From the NCBI GenBank assembly GCA_012295275.1, contig CM022676.1, forward strand, positions 1 to 64,000: a stretch of DNA of 64,000 nucleotides. The letters run 5' to 3'. Shown here piece by piece: positions 23,801 through 37,138 of this stretch. The DNA comes from Chrysomallon squamiferum (Eukaryota > Animalia > Mollusca). Positions within the stretch are counted from its first letter, which is position 1. Each line of letters begins with the position of its first letter. The position numbers and the translations under genes were made by a program. The notes under the pieces were generated by a model, which was given only the letters and a program-made list of their open reading frames with translations, was not told the origin of the DNA and did no database searches.

Positions 23801-26800
23801 GTAAGTAAGTACTTAACTAATGTCCTAGGTTAGCAAGTAAGCGAGTAAGTTAGTAAATGGTAACCTAAGTAAGTACGTAAGTATTAACAATTACCTAACT
23901 ATGAATGAAAATAAATAAGTAATGTAAATAATGATCTAACATGGCAAGGAAGCGAGAAACTAAGAGAAAATGCAAATTTGTACATTAACAATTATCTAAG
24001 TAAGAACGTAATTAAGTACGTAAATAATGACCTAAGTAAGCAAGGATGCAAGTTTCTAAGTAAGTGAGAATGCAAGTAAGCACGTTAACAATTATCTAAG
24101 TAAGAAATAAATTAAGTAATTACGTAAATAATGACCTAAGTAAGAAATAAATAAGTAATTAAATAAATAATGAATGCATGTCAAGGAAGTTACAATTAAG
24201 TGAATGCAAGAAATGTAAGTAAACAATTAACTAAGAAATAAATAAATTAGCAAATAATGACCTAAGTAAGCAAGAATAAGTAACCTAAATAAGTGAGAAT
24301 GCATGTAAGTATAGTTACAATTATGTGAGTAAGAAATAAGTAAGTAAGTACTAAACTAATGTCCTAGGTTAGCAAGTTAGCAAATAAGTTAAGTAAAAAT
24401 AAAAATGGTAACTAAGTCCTAAAAGTACATTAACAATTATCTAACTATGAATGAAAATAAATAAAGTACGTAAATAATGATCTAAGAATTAAATAAGGAA
24501 TAATGATCTAAGAAACTAAAGAAACAAAATGCAAATTTGTACATTATAACAAATTATCTAAGTAAGAACGTAATTAAATAATGACGTAAATAATGACCTA
24601 AGTAAGCAAGGAATGCAAGTTTCTAAGTAAGTGAGAATACAAAAGTAAGCACGTTAACAATTATCTAAGTAAGAAATAAATTAAGTAATTACGTAAATAA
24701 TGACCTAAGTAAGCAAGGAAGCAAGTAACTAAGTAAGTGAGAATGCATGTCAGTATAGTTACAATTATGTGAGTAAGAATGTAAGTAAGTACTTAACTAA
24801 TGTCCTAGGTTAGCAAGTAAGCGAGTAAGTTAGTAAAAATGGTAACCTAAGTAAGTACATTAACAATTACCTAATCTATGAATGAAAATAAATAAGTACG
24901 TAAATAATGATCTAATTTGGCAAGGAAACGAGAAAATAAGAGAAAATGCAAATTTGTACATTAACAATTATCTAAGTAAGAAACGTAATTAAGTACGTAA
25001 ATAATGACCTAAGTAAGCAAGGGTGCAAGTTTCTAAGTAAGTCAGAATGCAAGTAAGCACGTTAACAATTATCTAAGTAAGAAATAAATTAAGTAATTAC
25101 GTAAATAATGAAATAATGACCTAAGTAAGCAAGGAAGCAAGTAACTAAGTAACTGAGAATGCATGTCAGTATAGTTACAATTATGTGAGTAAGAATGTAA
25201 GTAAGTACTTAACTAATGTCCTAGGTTAGCAAGTAAGCGAGTAAGTTAGTAAATGGTAACCTAAGTAAGTACATTAACAATTATCTAACTATGAATGAAA
25301 AAAAATAAGTACGTAAATAATGATCTAAGATGGCAAGGAAACGAGAAAATAAGAGAAAATGCAAATTTGTACATTAACAATTATCTAAGTAAGAACGTAA
25401 TTAAGTACGTAAATAATGACCTAAGTAAGCAAGGATGCAAGTTTCTAAGTAAGTGAGAATGCAAGTAAGCACGTTAACAATTATCTAAGTAAGAAATAAA
25501 TTAAGTAATTACGTAAATAACCTAAGTAAGCAAGGAAGCAAGTAACTAAGTAACTGAGAATGCATGTCAGTATAATTACAATTATGTGAGTAAGAATGTA
25601 AGTAAGTACTTAACTAATGTCCTAGGTTAGCAAGTAAGCGAGTAAGTTAGTAAATGGTAACCTAAGTAAGTACATTAACAATTACCTAACTATGAATGAA
25701 AATAAATAAGTACGTAAATAATGATCTAACATGGCAAGGAAGCGAGAAACTAAGAGAAAATGCAAATTTGTACATTAACAATTATCTAAGTAAGAACGTA
25801 ATTAAGTACGTAAATAATGACCTAAGTAAGCAAGGATGCAAGTTTCTAAGTAAGTGAGAATGCAAGTAAGCACGTTAACAATTATCTAAGTAAGAAATAA
25901 ATTAAATAATTACGTAAATAATGACCTAAAGTAAGCAAGGAAGCAAGCAACTAACTAAGTAACTGAGAATGCATGTCAGTATAGTTACAATTATGTGAGT
26001 AAGAATGTAAGTAAAGTACTTAACTAATGTCCTAGGTTAGCAAGTAAGCGAGTAAGTTAGTAAATGGTAACCTAAGTAAGTACATTAACAATTACCTAAC
26101 TATGAATGAAAAAAAATAAAGTACGTAAATAATGATCTAACATGGCAAGGAAGCGAGAAACTAAGAGAAAATGCAAATTTGTACATTAACAATTATCTAA
26201 GTAAGAACGTAATTAAGTACGTAAATAATGACCTAAGTAAGCAAGGATGCAAGTTTCTAAGTAAGTGAGAATGCAAGTAAGCACGTTAACAATTATCTAA
26301 GTAAGAAATAAATTAAGTAATTACGTAAATAATGACCTAAGTAAGCAAGGAAGCAAGTAACTAAGTAACTGAGAATGCATGTCAGTATAGTTACAATTAT
26401 GTGAGTAAGAATGTAAGTAAGTACTTAACTAATGTCCTAGGTTAGCAAGTAAGCGAGTAAGTTAGTAAATGGTAACCTAAAATAATAAATTAAGTACATT
26501 AACAATTATCTATCTATGAATGAAAAAAATAAAAGTAAGTACGTAAATAATGATCTAACATGGCAAGGAAACGAGAAAAAAGAAGAGAAAATGCAAATTT
26601 GTACATTAACAATTATCTAAGTAAGAACGTAATTAAATTACGTAAATAATGACCTAAGTAAGCAAGGGTGCAAGTTTCTAAGTAAGTGAGAATGCAAGTA
26701 AGCACGTTAACAATTATCTAAGTAAGAAATAAATTAAAAAATAATTACGTAAATAATGACCTAAGTAAGCAAGGAAGCAAGTAACTAAGTAAGTGAGAAT

Positions 26801-28544
26801 GCATGTCAGTATAGTTACAATTATGTGAGTAAGAATGTAAGTAAGTACTTAACTAATGTCCTAGGTTAGCAAGTAAGCGAGTAAGTTAGTAAATGGTAAC
26901 CTAAGTAAGTACATTAACAATTACCTAACTATGAATGAAAATAAATAAGTACGTAAATAATGATCTAATTTGGCAAGGGAAGAAGTGAGAAACTAAGAAA
27001 AAATGCAAATAAAGTAAAAATGCAAATTTGTACATTAACAATTATCTAAGTAAGAAGAACGTAACGTAATTAAGTACGTAAATAATGACCTAAGTAAGCA
27101 AGGATGCAAGTTTCTAAGTAAGTGAGAATGCAAGTAAGCACGTTAACAATTATCTAAGTAAGAAATAAATTAAAGTAATTACGTAAATAATGACCTAAGT
27201 AAGCAAGGAAGCAACTAACTAAGTAACTGAAATGCATGTCAGTATAGTTACAATTATGTGAGTAAGAATGTAAGAATGTAAATGTAAGTAACTAAACTAA
27301 ATGTCCTAGGTTAGCAAGTAAGCGAGTAAGTTAGTAAATAAATAACCTAAGTAAGTACATTAACAATTATCTATCTAGGAAAAAAAAATAAATAAGTACG
27401 TAAATAATGATCTAATTTGGCAAGGAAACGAGAAATAAGAGAAAATGCAAATTTTGTACATTAACAATTATCTAAGTAAGAACGTAATTAAGTACGTAAA
27501 TAATGACCTAAGTAAGCAAGGATGCAAGTTTCTAAGTAAGTGAGAATGCAAGTAAGCACGTTAACAATTATCTAAGTAAGAAATAAATTAAGTAATTACG
27601 TAAATAATGACCTAAGTAAGCAAGGAAGCAAGCAACTAACTAAGTAAGAGAATGCATGTCAGTATAATTACAATTATGTGAGTAAGAATGTAAGTAAGTA
27701 CTTAACTAATGTCCTAGGTTAGCAAGTAAGCGAGTAAGTTAGTAAATACTAACCTAAGTAAGTAAGTACATTAACAATTACCTAACTATGAATGAAAATA
27801 AATAAGTACGTAAATAATGATCTAACATTGCAAGGAAGCGAGAAACTAAGAGAAAATGCAAATTTGTACATTAACAATTATCTAAGTAAGAACGTAATTA
27901 AGTACGTAAATAATGACCTAAGTAAGCAAGGATGCAAGTTTCTAAGTAAGTCAGAATACAAGTAAGCACGTTAACAATTATCTAAGTAAGAAATAAATTA
28001 AGTAATTACGTAAATAATGACTAAGTAAGCAAGGAAGCAAGTAACTAAGTAACTGAGAATGCATGTCAGTATAATTACAATTATGTGAGTAAGAATGTAA
28101 GTAAGTACTTAACTAATGTCCTAGGTTAGCAAGTAAGCGAGTAAGTTAGTAAATACTAACCTAAGTAAGTACATTAACAATTACCTAACTATGAATGAAA
28201 ATAAATAAGTACGTAAATAATGATCTAAGATTGGCAAGGAAGCGAGAAACTAAGAGAAAATGCAAATTTGTACATTAACAATTATCTAAGTAAGAACGTA
28301 ATTAAGTACGTAAATAATGACCTAAGTAAGCAAGGATGCAAGTTTCTAAGTAAGTCAGAATACAAGTAAGCACGTTAACAATTATCTAAGTAAGAAATAA
28401 ATTAAGTAATTACGTAAATAATGACCTAAGTAAGCAAGGAAGCAAGTAACTAAGTAAGTGAGAATGCATGTCAGTATAGTTACAATTGAGAGTAATGAAT
28501 GTAAGTAAGTACTTAACTAATGTCCTAGGTTAGCAAGTTAGCGA
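17880..28544 (+). repeat. 404-bp satellite HOR (monomers 100+104+100+100 bp), ~26 copies, A-rich strand on +
   Basis: Four related monomers starting attatctaagtaagaacg / attatctaagtaagaaat / attatgtgagtaag / attacctaactatg; lengths counted at 23381-23680 and 28381-28484. Confidence 0.95.
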
Positions 28545-28558
28545 ACAATACCTTACTA

Positions 28559-31500
28559 GTCACTTACTTAGGTTACTATTTACTTACTGATTCGCTTCCT
28601 TGGTAACTTAGGTCATAATTTACGAACTTAGTTAACTTCTTACTTAGATATTTGTTAATGTACTAAGTTATATTCTCACTAACTTAGATACTTGTTTCCC
28701 TCTTTACTTAGGTCATTATTTACCTATCTACCTACTTTCTTTCTTACTAAGATAGTTTTTAATGTACTTAGTTACATTGTCACTTACTTAGGTTACTATT
28801 TACTTACTGATTCGCTTCCTTGGTAACTTAGGTCATTATTTACGAACTTAGTTAACTTCTTACTTAGATATTTGTTAATGTTGAAACTTATATTTTAGTC
28901 ACTAACTTAGATACTTGTTTCCCTTTTACTTAATTCGGTTCCTTCATTATTTACTTATCTTAGATACATTTTTTTCTTTAACTTATGTACTTAGATAGAT
29001 TTTTAATGTACTTAGTTACATTGTCACTTACATAGGTTACTATTTACTTACTGATTCGCTTCCTTGGTAACTTAGGTCATTATTTACGAACTTACTTACT
29101 TTCTTACTTAGATATTTGTTAATGTTGAAACTTATATTCTTACTAACTTAGATACTTGTTTCCCTCTTTACTTATGTCATTATTTACCTATCTACCTACT
29201 TTCTTTCTTACTAAGATAGTTTTTAATGTACTTAGTTAAATTGTCACTTACTTAGGTTACTATTTACTTACTGATTCGCTTCCTTGGTAACTTAGGTCAT
29301 TATTTACGAACTTACTTACTTTCTTACTTAGATATTTGTTAATGTTGAAGTTATATTCTCACTAACTTAGATACTTGTTTCCCTCTTTACTTAGGTCATT
29401 ATTTACCTATCTACCTACTTTCTTTCTTACTAAGATAGTTTTTAATGTACTTAGTTACATTGTCACTTACTTAGGTTACTATTTACTTACTGATTCGCTT
29501 CCTTGGATTCTTACTTGAAAAATTTCTACTGTACCAACTTATATTGTCACTTAGGTACTTTTCCCTGAACTTAATTACTTTACTTAGATATTTGTTAATG
29601 TTGTTACCCTTTACTTAGATTCTTTTATTTACCTATTACCTACTTACTTTTCTTACTAAGATAGTTTTTAATATTTAGTTATTTCCTTCCTTGGTATTAC
29701 TACGGATTTACTGATTCGCTTCCCTTTACTTACTTTCTTACTTAGATATTTGTTAATGTTGAAACTTATATTCTTACTAACTTAGATACTTGTTTCCCTC
29801 TTTACTTATGTCATTATTTACCTATCTACCTACTTTCTTTCTTACTAAGATAGTTTTTAATGTACTTAGTTACATTGTCACTTACTTAGGTTACTATTTA
29901 CTTACTGATTCGCTTCCTTGGTAACTTAGGTCATTATTTACGAACTTACTTACTTTCTTACTTAGATATTTGTTAATGTTGAAACTTATATTCTTACTAA
30001 CTTAGATACTTGTTTCCCTCTTTACTTAGGTCATTATTTACCCTATCTACTTTCTTTCTTACTAAGATAGTTTTTAATGTACTTAGTTAAATTGTCACTT
30101 ACTTAGGTTACTATTTACTTACTGATTCGCTTCCTTGGTAACTTAGGTCATAATTTACGAACTTAGTTAACTTCTTACTTAGATATTTGTTAATGTACTA
30201 AGTTATATTCTCACTAACTTAGATACTTGTTTCCCTCTTTACTTAGGTCATTATTTACCTATCTACCTACTTTCTTTCTTACTAAGATAGTTTTTAATGT
30301 ACTTAGTTAAATTGTCACTTACTTAGGTTACTATTTACTTACTGATTCGCTTCCTTGGTAACTTAGGTCATTATTTACGAACTTAGTTAACTTCTTACTT
30401 AGATATTTGTTAATGTTGAAACTTATATATTCTAACTTAGATACTTGTTTCCCTCTTTACTTAGGTCATTATTTACCTATCTACCTACTTTCTTTCTTAC
30501 TAAGATAGTTTTTAATGTACTTAGTTAAATTGTCACTTACTTAGGTTACTATTTACTTACTGATTCGCTTCCTTGGTAACTTAGGTCATTATTTACGAAC
30601 TTACTTACTTTCTTACTTAGATATTTGTTAATGTTGAAACTTATATTCTTACTAACTTAGATACTTGTTTCCCTCTTTACTTAGGTCATTATTTACCTAT
30701 CTACCTACTTTCTTTCTTACTAAGATAGTTTTTAATGTACTTAGTTACATTGTCACTTACTTAGGTTACTATTTACTTACTGATTCGCTTCCTTGGTAAC
30801 TTAGGTCATAATTTACGAACTTAGTTAACTTCTTACTTAGATATTTGTTAATGTTGAAACTTATATTCTCACTAACTTAGATACTTGTTTCCCTCTTTAC
30901 TTAGGTCATTATTTACCTATCTACCTACTTTCTTTCTTACTAAGATAGTTTTTAATGTACTTAGTTAAATTGTCACTTACTTAGGTTATTTTACTTACTG
31001 ATTCCTTCTTAGAACTTACTATTTACTTTACTTCTTAATTTGTTGATCGCTTATTTCTCACTAACTTAGGGTCATTATTTTGGGTCATTATTTTACTTAT
31101 TCTACTTACTTTTTTACTTACTTTACTTAGATATTTGTTAATGTACTGAAACTTATATTCTTACTAACTTAGATACTTGTTTCCCTCTTTACTTAGGTCA
31201 TTATTTACCTATCTACCTACATTCTTTCTTACTAAGATAGTTTTTAATGTACTTAGTTACATTCTCACTTACATACGTTACTATTTACTTACTGATTCGC
31301 TTCCTTGGTAACTTAGGTCATTATTTACGAACTTACTTACTTTCTTACTTAGATATTTGTTAATGTTGAAACTTATATTCTTACTAACTTAGATACTTGT
31401 TTCCCTCTTTACTTATGTCATTATTTACCTATCTACCTACTTTCTTTCTTACTAAGATAGTTTTTAATGTACTTAGTTACATTCTCACTTACTTAGGTTA

Positions 31501-34500
31501 CTATTTACTTACTGATTCGCTTCCTTGGTAACTTAGGTCATTATTTACGAACTTAGTTACATTCTTACTTAGATATTTGTTAATGTACTAACTTATATTC
31601 TCACTAACTTAGATACTTGTTTCCCTCTTTACTTAGGTCATTATTTTACCCATCTATCTTTCTTTTCTTAGATAGTTTTTACTAAGATAGTTTTAATGTA
31701 CTTACTTACTTAAATTGTCTGATTCTTACCTTTACTTAGGCACATTTTACTTATTTCTTCTTAGATATTTGTTAATGTTGGTAACTAACTTAGGTCATAA
31801 TTTACGTCAACTTAGTTAACTTTTTCTTACTTAGATATTTTTTGATGTACTTCTCCGTTATATTCTCACTTACTTACATTGCTGTTTCCCTTTTTACTTA
31901 GGTCATTATTTTAGACCTATCTATTTTTATTTTTCTTACTAAGATAGTTTTTAATGTTACTTAGTTAAATTGTCACTTACTTAGGTTACTATTTACTTAC
32001 TGATTCGCTTCCTTTAATTAACTTAGGTCATTATTTACGAACTTAGTTTTGATCTTTCCTTGCCCACTTTAGATATTTGTTTGTTAATGTAACTTATATT
32101 CTCACTTTTAGATACTTGTTTCCCTCTTTTACTTAATTATTTATCTTACCTACTTTCTTTCTTACTAAGATAGTTTTAATGTACTTAGTTACATTCTCAC
32201 TTACTTAGGTTACTATTTACTTACTGATTCGCTTCCTTGGTAACTTAGGTCATTATTTACGAACTTACTTACTTTCTTACTTAGATATTTGTTAATGTTG
32301 AAACTTATATTCTTACTAACTTAGATACTTGTTTCCCTCTTTACTTAGGTCATTATTTACCTATCTACTTACTTTCTTTCTTACTAAGATAGTTTTTAAT
32401 GTACTTAGTTAAATTGTCACTTACTTAGGTTACTATTTACTTACTGATTCGCTTCCTTGGTAACTTAGGTCATTATTTACGAACTTACTTACTTTCTTAC
32501 TTAGATATTTGTTAATGTTGAAACTTATATTCTTACTAACTTAGATACTTGTTTCCCTCTTTTTACCAAGGTCATTATTTTACCTATCTACCTCGCTTCT
32601 TTCTTACTAAGATAGTTTTAATGTACTTTCTTAAATTGTCACTTACTTAGGTTACTATTTAGGCTTACTGATTCCTTTCCTTTGTTCCCTTTTACTTATG
32701 TCCTTAATTACCTTATTATCCTAAAATTCTTTTTTACTAAGATATTTTTAATGTAATTAGTTAAATTAAATTCTCACTAACTTACTTACTGATTTGCTCT
32801 TCCCTAGTAACTTAGGTCATTATTTTACCCATTTCATACTTTCTTTCTTTACTTACTAAGATAATTTTTGTTTTACTTAATCTTTTTAATTTACTTAGTC
32901 ATTATATTTTTTCACTTACTTAGGTAGTTTTTTTCTGTTTGCTTACTGATTCCTTATTTAACTTTGGTTATGGTTTGGTAATTATTACTTTCTTACTTAG
33001 ATATTTGTTAATGTTGAAACTTATATTCTTACTAACTTAGATATTTGTTTCCCTCTTGTCCTAGGTGCCATTAACTACCCATCTACCTAAGCTCTCTTTT
33101 CTTTTACTAAGATATAGTTTTTAATGTACTTAGTTACATTGTCACTTACTTAGGTTACTATTTACTTACTGATTCGCTTCCTTGGTAACTTAGGTCATTA
33201 TTTACGAACTTACTTAACTTCTTACTTAGATATTTGTTAATGTACTAACTTATATTCTTACTAACTTAGATACTTGTTTCCCTCTTTACTTAGGTCATTA
33301 TTTACCTATCTACCTACTTTCTTTCTTACTAAGATAGTTTTTAATGTACTTAGTTACATTGTCACTTACTTAGGTTACTATTTACTTACTGATTCGCTTC
33401 CTTGGTAACTTAGGTCATTATTTACGAACTTACTTAATTTCTTACTTAGATATTTGTTAATGTTGAAACTTATATTCTTACTAACTTAGATACTTGTTTC
33501 CCTCTTTACTTAGGTCATTATTTACCTATCTACCTACTTTCTTTCTTACTAAGATAGTTTTTAATGTACTTAGTTACATTGTCACTTACATAGGTTACTA
33601 TTTACTTACTGATTCGCTTCCTTGGTAACTTAGGTCATTATTTACGAACTTACTTACTTCTTACTTAGATATTTGTTAATGTTGAAACTTATATTCTTAC
33701 TAACTTAGATACTTGTTTCCCTCTTTACTTAGGTCATTATTTACCTATCTACCTACTTTCTTTCTTACTAAGATAGTTTTTAATGTACTTAGTTAAATTG
33801 TCACTTTTACTTTTCATTAGATATTTTTTGTTTCCATTTACTAATTTTAAATTATTTTTAACTGATTCATAACTTACTTCCTTATAAACTTAGGTTTCCA
33901 TAATTTTACTGATCTTTTACTTAAACTTTCTTTTTTAGATATTGTTAATTTAAATTAAAAATTATATTCTCACTAACTTAGATACTTGTTTCCCTCTTTA
34001 CTTAGGTCATTATTTACCTATCTACTTACTTTCTTTCTTACTAAGATAGTTTTTAATGTACTTAGTTAAATTGTCACTTACTTAGGTTACTATTTACTTA
34101 CTGATTCGCTTCCTTGGTAACTTAGGTCATTATTTACGAACTTAATTACTTTCTTACTTAGATATTTGTTAATGTTGAAACTTATATTCTTACTAACTTA
34201 GATACTTGTTTCCCTCTTTACTTAGGTCATTATTTACCTATCTACCTACTTTCTTTCTTACTAAGATAGTTTTTAATGTACTTAGTTAAATTGTCACTAT
34301 CCGCCATACTATTACTATTTACTTACTGATTCTGCTTCCTTGGTAACTTAGGTCATTAATTTTCTACTTACTTACTTTCTTACTTAGATATTTGTTAATG
34401 TTGAAACTTATATTCTTACTAACTTAGATACTTGTTTCCCTCTTTACTTATGTCATTATTTACCTATCTACCTACTTTCTTTTCTTACTAAGATAGTTTT

Positions 34501-36938
34501 TAATGTTTAGTTTCTTTTCATCTCAATAACTCTAGGGTTACTATTTTACTTACTGATTCCTTCCTTTATGCAAACTTATAGTTAAAGGGTTATTATTTAG
34601 TGAACTTACTTTTTTTACCTAGATTTTTGTTTGATGTTTCTTCCCTATGTTCTTATATTCTTACCAACTTTGTTTACTTGTTTCCTTTTAATTCCTTATG
34701 TTTTTATTTACCTATTTGTTTCTTCTTCTTTCTTACTTAGATAGTTTTTTTTCCCACTTAGTTAATTTGTTGTTTGACTTACTATTTACTTATTTTTCCT
34801 TAGTATTTTTCCTTGGTCATTTACAAGCATTTCTACTAACTTATTTACTGATTTACTTTTTAGATATTTTTTTTAAATGTTCCAAACTTTTATATTCTTT
34901 TCCCCCAGATACTTGTTTCCCTCTTTACTTAAATCATTATTTTTTGCCATACCTTGGGTTCTTTTACTAAGATAGTTTTTAATGTACTTAGTTAAATTGT
35001 CACTTACTTAGGTTACTATTTACTTACTGATTCGCTTCCTTGGTAACTTAGGTCATTATTTACGAACTTAGTTAAATTCTTACTTAGATATTTGTTAATG
35101 TACTAAGTTATATTCTCACTAACTTAGATACTTGTTTCCCTCTTTACTTAGGTCATTATTTACCTATCTACCTACTTTCTTTCTTACTAAGATAGTTTTT
35201 AATGTACTTACTTACATTGTCACTTACTTAGGTTACTATTTACTTACTGATTCGCTTCCTTGGTAACTTAGGTCATTTCTTACGAAACATTTTTAAGTTA
35301 AATTTTTACTTAGATATTTGTTTATGCTAAACTTATATTCTTACCAACTTAGATACTTGTTTCCCTTTTTTTAGGTTACTTAGGTCATTATTTCACCTAT
35401 CTTCCTACTTTCTTTCTTACCTTCGTAGATAGTTTTTAATGTACTTAGTTACATTGTCACTTACTTAGGTTACTATTTACTTACTGATTCGCTTCCTTGG
35501 TAACTTAGGTCATTATTTACGAACTTACTTACTTTCTTACTTAGATATTTGTTAATGTTGAAACTTATATTCTCACTAACTTAGATACTTGTTTCCCTCT
35601 TTACTTAGGTCATTATTTACCTATCTACCTACTTTCTTTCTTACTAAGATAGTTTTTAATGTACTTAGTTACATTCTCACTTACATAGGTTACTATTTAC
35701 TTACTGATTCGCTTCCTTGGTAACTTAGGTCATTATTTACGAACTTACTTACTTTCTTACTTAGATATTTGTTAATGTTGAAACTTATATTCTTACTAAC
35801 TTAGATACTTGTTTCCCTCTTTACTTAGGTCATTATTTACCTATCTACCTACTTTCTTTCTTACTAAGATAGTTTTTAATGTACTTAGTTAAATTGTCAC
35901 TTACTTAGGTTACTATTTACTTACTGATTCGCTTCCTTGGTAACTTAGGTCATAATTTACGAACTTAGTTAAATTCTTACTTAGATATTTGTTAATGTAC
36001 TAAGTTATATTCTCACTAACTTAGATACTTGTTTCCCTCTTTACTTAGGTCATTATTTACCTATCTACCTACTTTCTTTCTTACTAAGATAGTTTTAATG
36101 TACTTAGTTAAATTGTCACTTACTTAGGTTACTATTTACTTACTGATTCGCTTCCTTGGTAACTTAGGTCATTATTTACGAACTTAGTTAAATTCTTACT
36201 TAGATATTTGTTAATGTTGAAACTTATATTCTCACTAACTTAGATACTTGTTTCCCTCTTTACTTAGGTCATTATTTACCTATCTACCTACTTTCTTTCT
36301 TACTAAGATAGTTTTTTAATGTACTTAGTTAAATTGTCTCCACATTACTTAGTTACTATTTACTTACTGATTCCTTCCTTGGTAACTTAGGTCATTATTT
36401 TACAAACTTACTTACTTACTCTCTTCTTACTTAGATATTTGTTAATGTTGAAACTTATATTCTCACTAACTTAGATACTTGTTTCCCCTTTTACTTATGT
36501 CATTATTTACCTATCTACCTTTTCTTTCTTACTTAGATAGTTTTTTTAATGTACTTAGTTAAATTGTCCTTACTTTCAGGTTACTATTTACCCTACTGAT
36601 TCTGTTTCCTTGGTAACTTAGTCATTATTTCATGCTGAGAACTTACTTTTTTCTTACTTAGATATTTGTTAATGTTGAAACTTATATTCTTACTAACTTA
36701 GATACTTGTTTCCCTCTTTACTTAGGTCATTATTTACCTATCTACCTACTTTCTTTCTTACTAAGATAGTTTTTAATGTACTTAGTTAAATTGTCACTTA
36801 CTTAGGTTACTATTTACTTACTGATTCGCTTCCTTGGTAACTTAGGTCATAATTTACGAACTTAGTTAACTTCTTACTTAGATATTTGTTAATGTACTAA
36901 GTTATATTCTCACTAACTTAGATACTTGTTTCCCTCTT
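28559..36938 (-). repeat. 220-bp satellite HOR (104+116 bp), ~38 copies, inverted relative to the 404-bp array
   Basis: tatttacttactgattcgcttccttggtaacttaggtcat recurs at 220-bp spacing (29041, 29261). Confidence 0.95.
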
Positions 36939-37138
36939 NNNNNNNNNNNNNNNNNNNNNNNNNNNNNNNNNNNNNNNNNNNNNNNNNNNNNNNNNNNNNN
37001 NNNNNNNNNNNNNNNNNNNNNNNNNNNNNNNNNNNNNNNNNNNNNNNNNNNNNNNNNNNNNNNNNNNNNNNNNNNNNNNNNNNNNNNNNNNNNNNNNNNN
37101 NNNNNNNNNNNNNNNNNNNNNNNNNNNNNNNNNNNNNN
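36939..37138. other. Assembly gap (200 N)
   Basis: N run. Confidence 1.
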
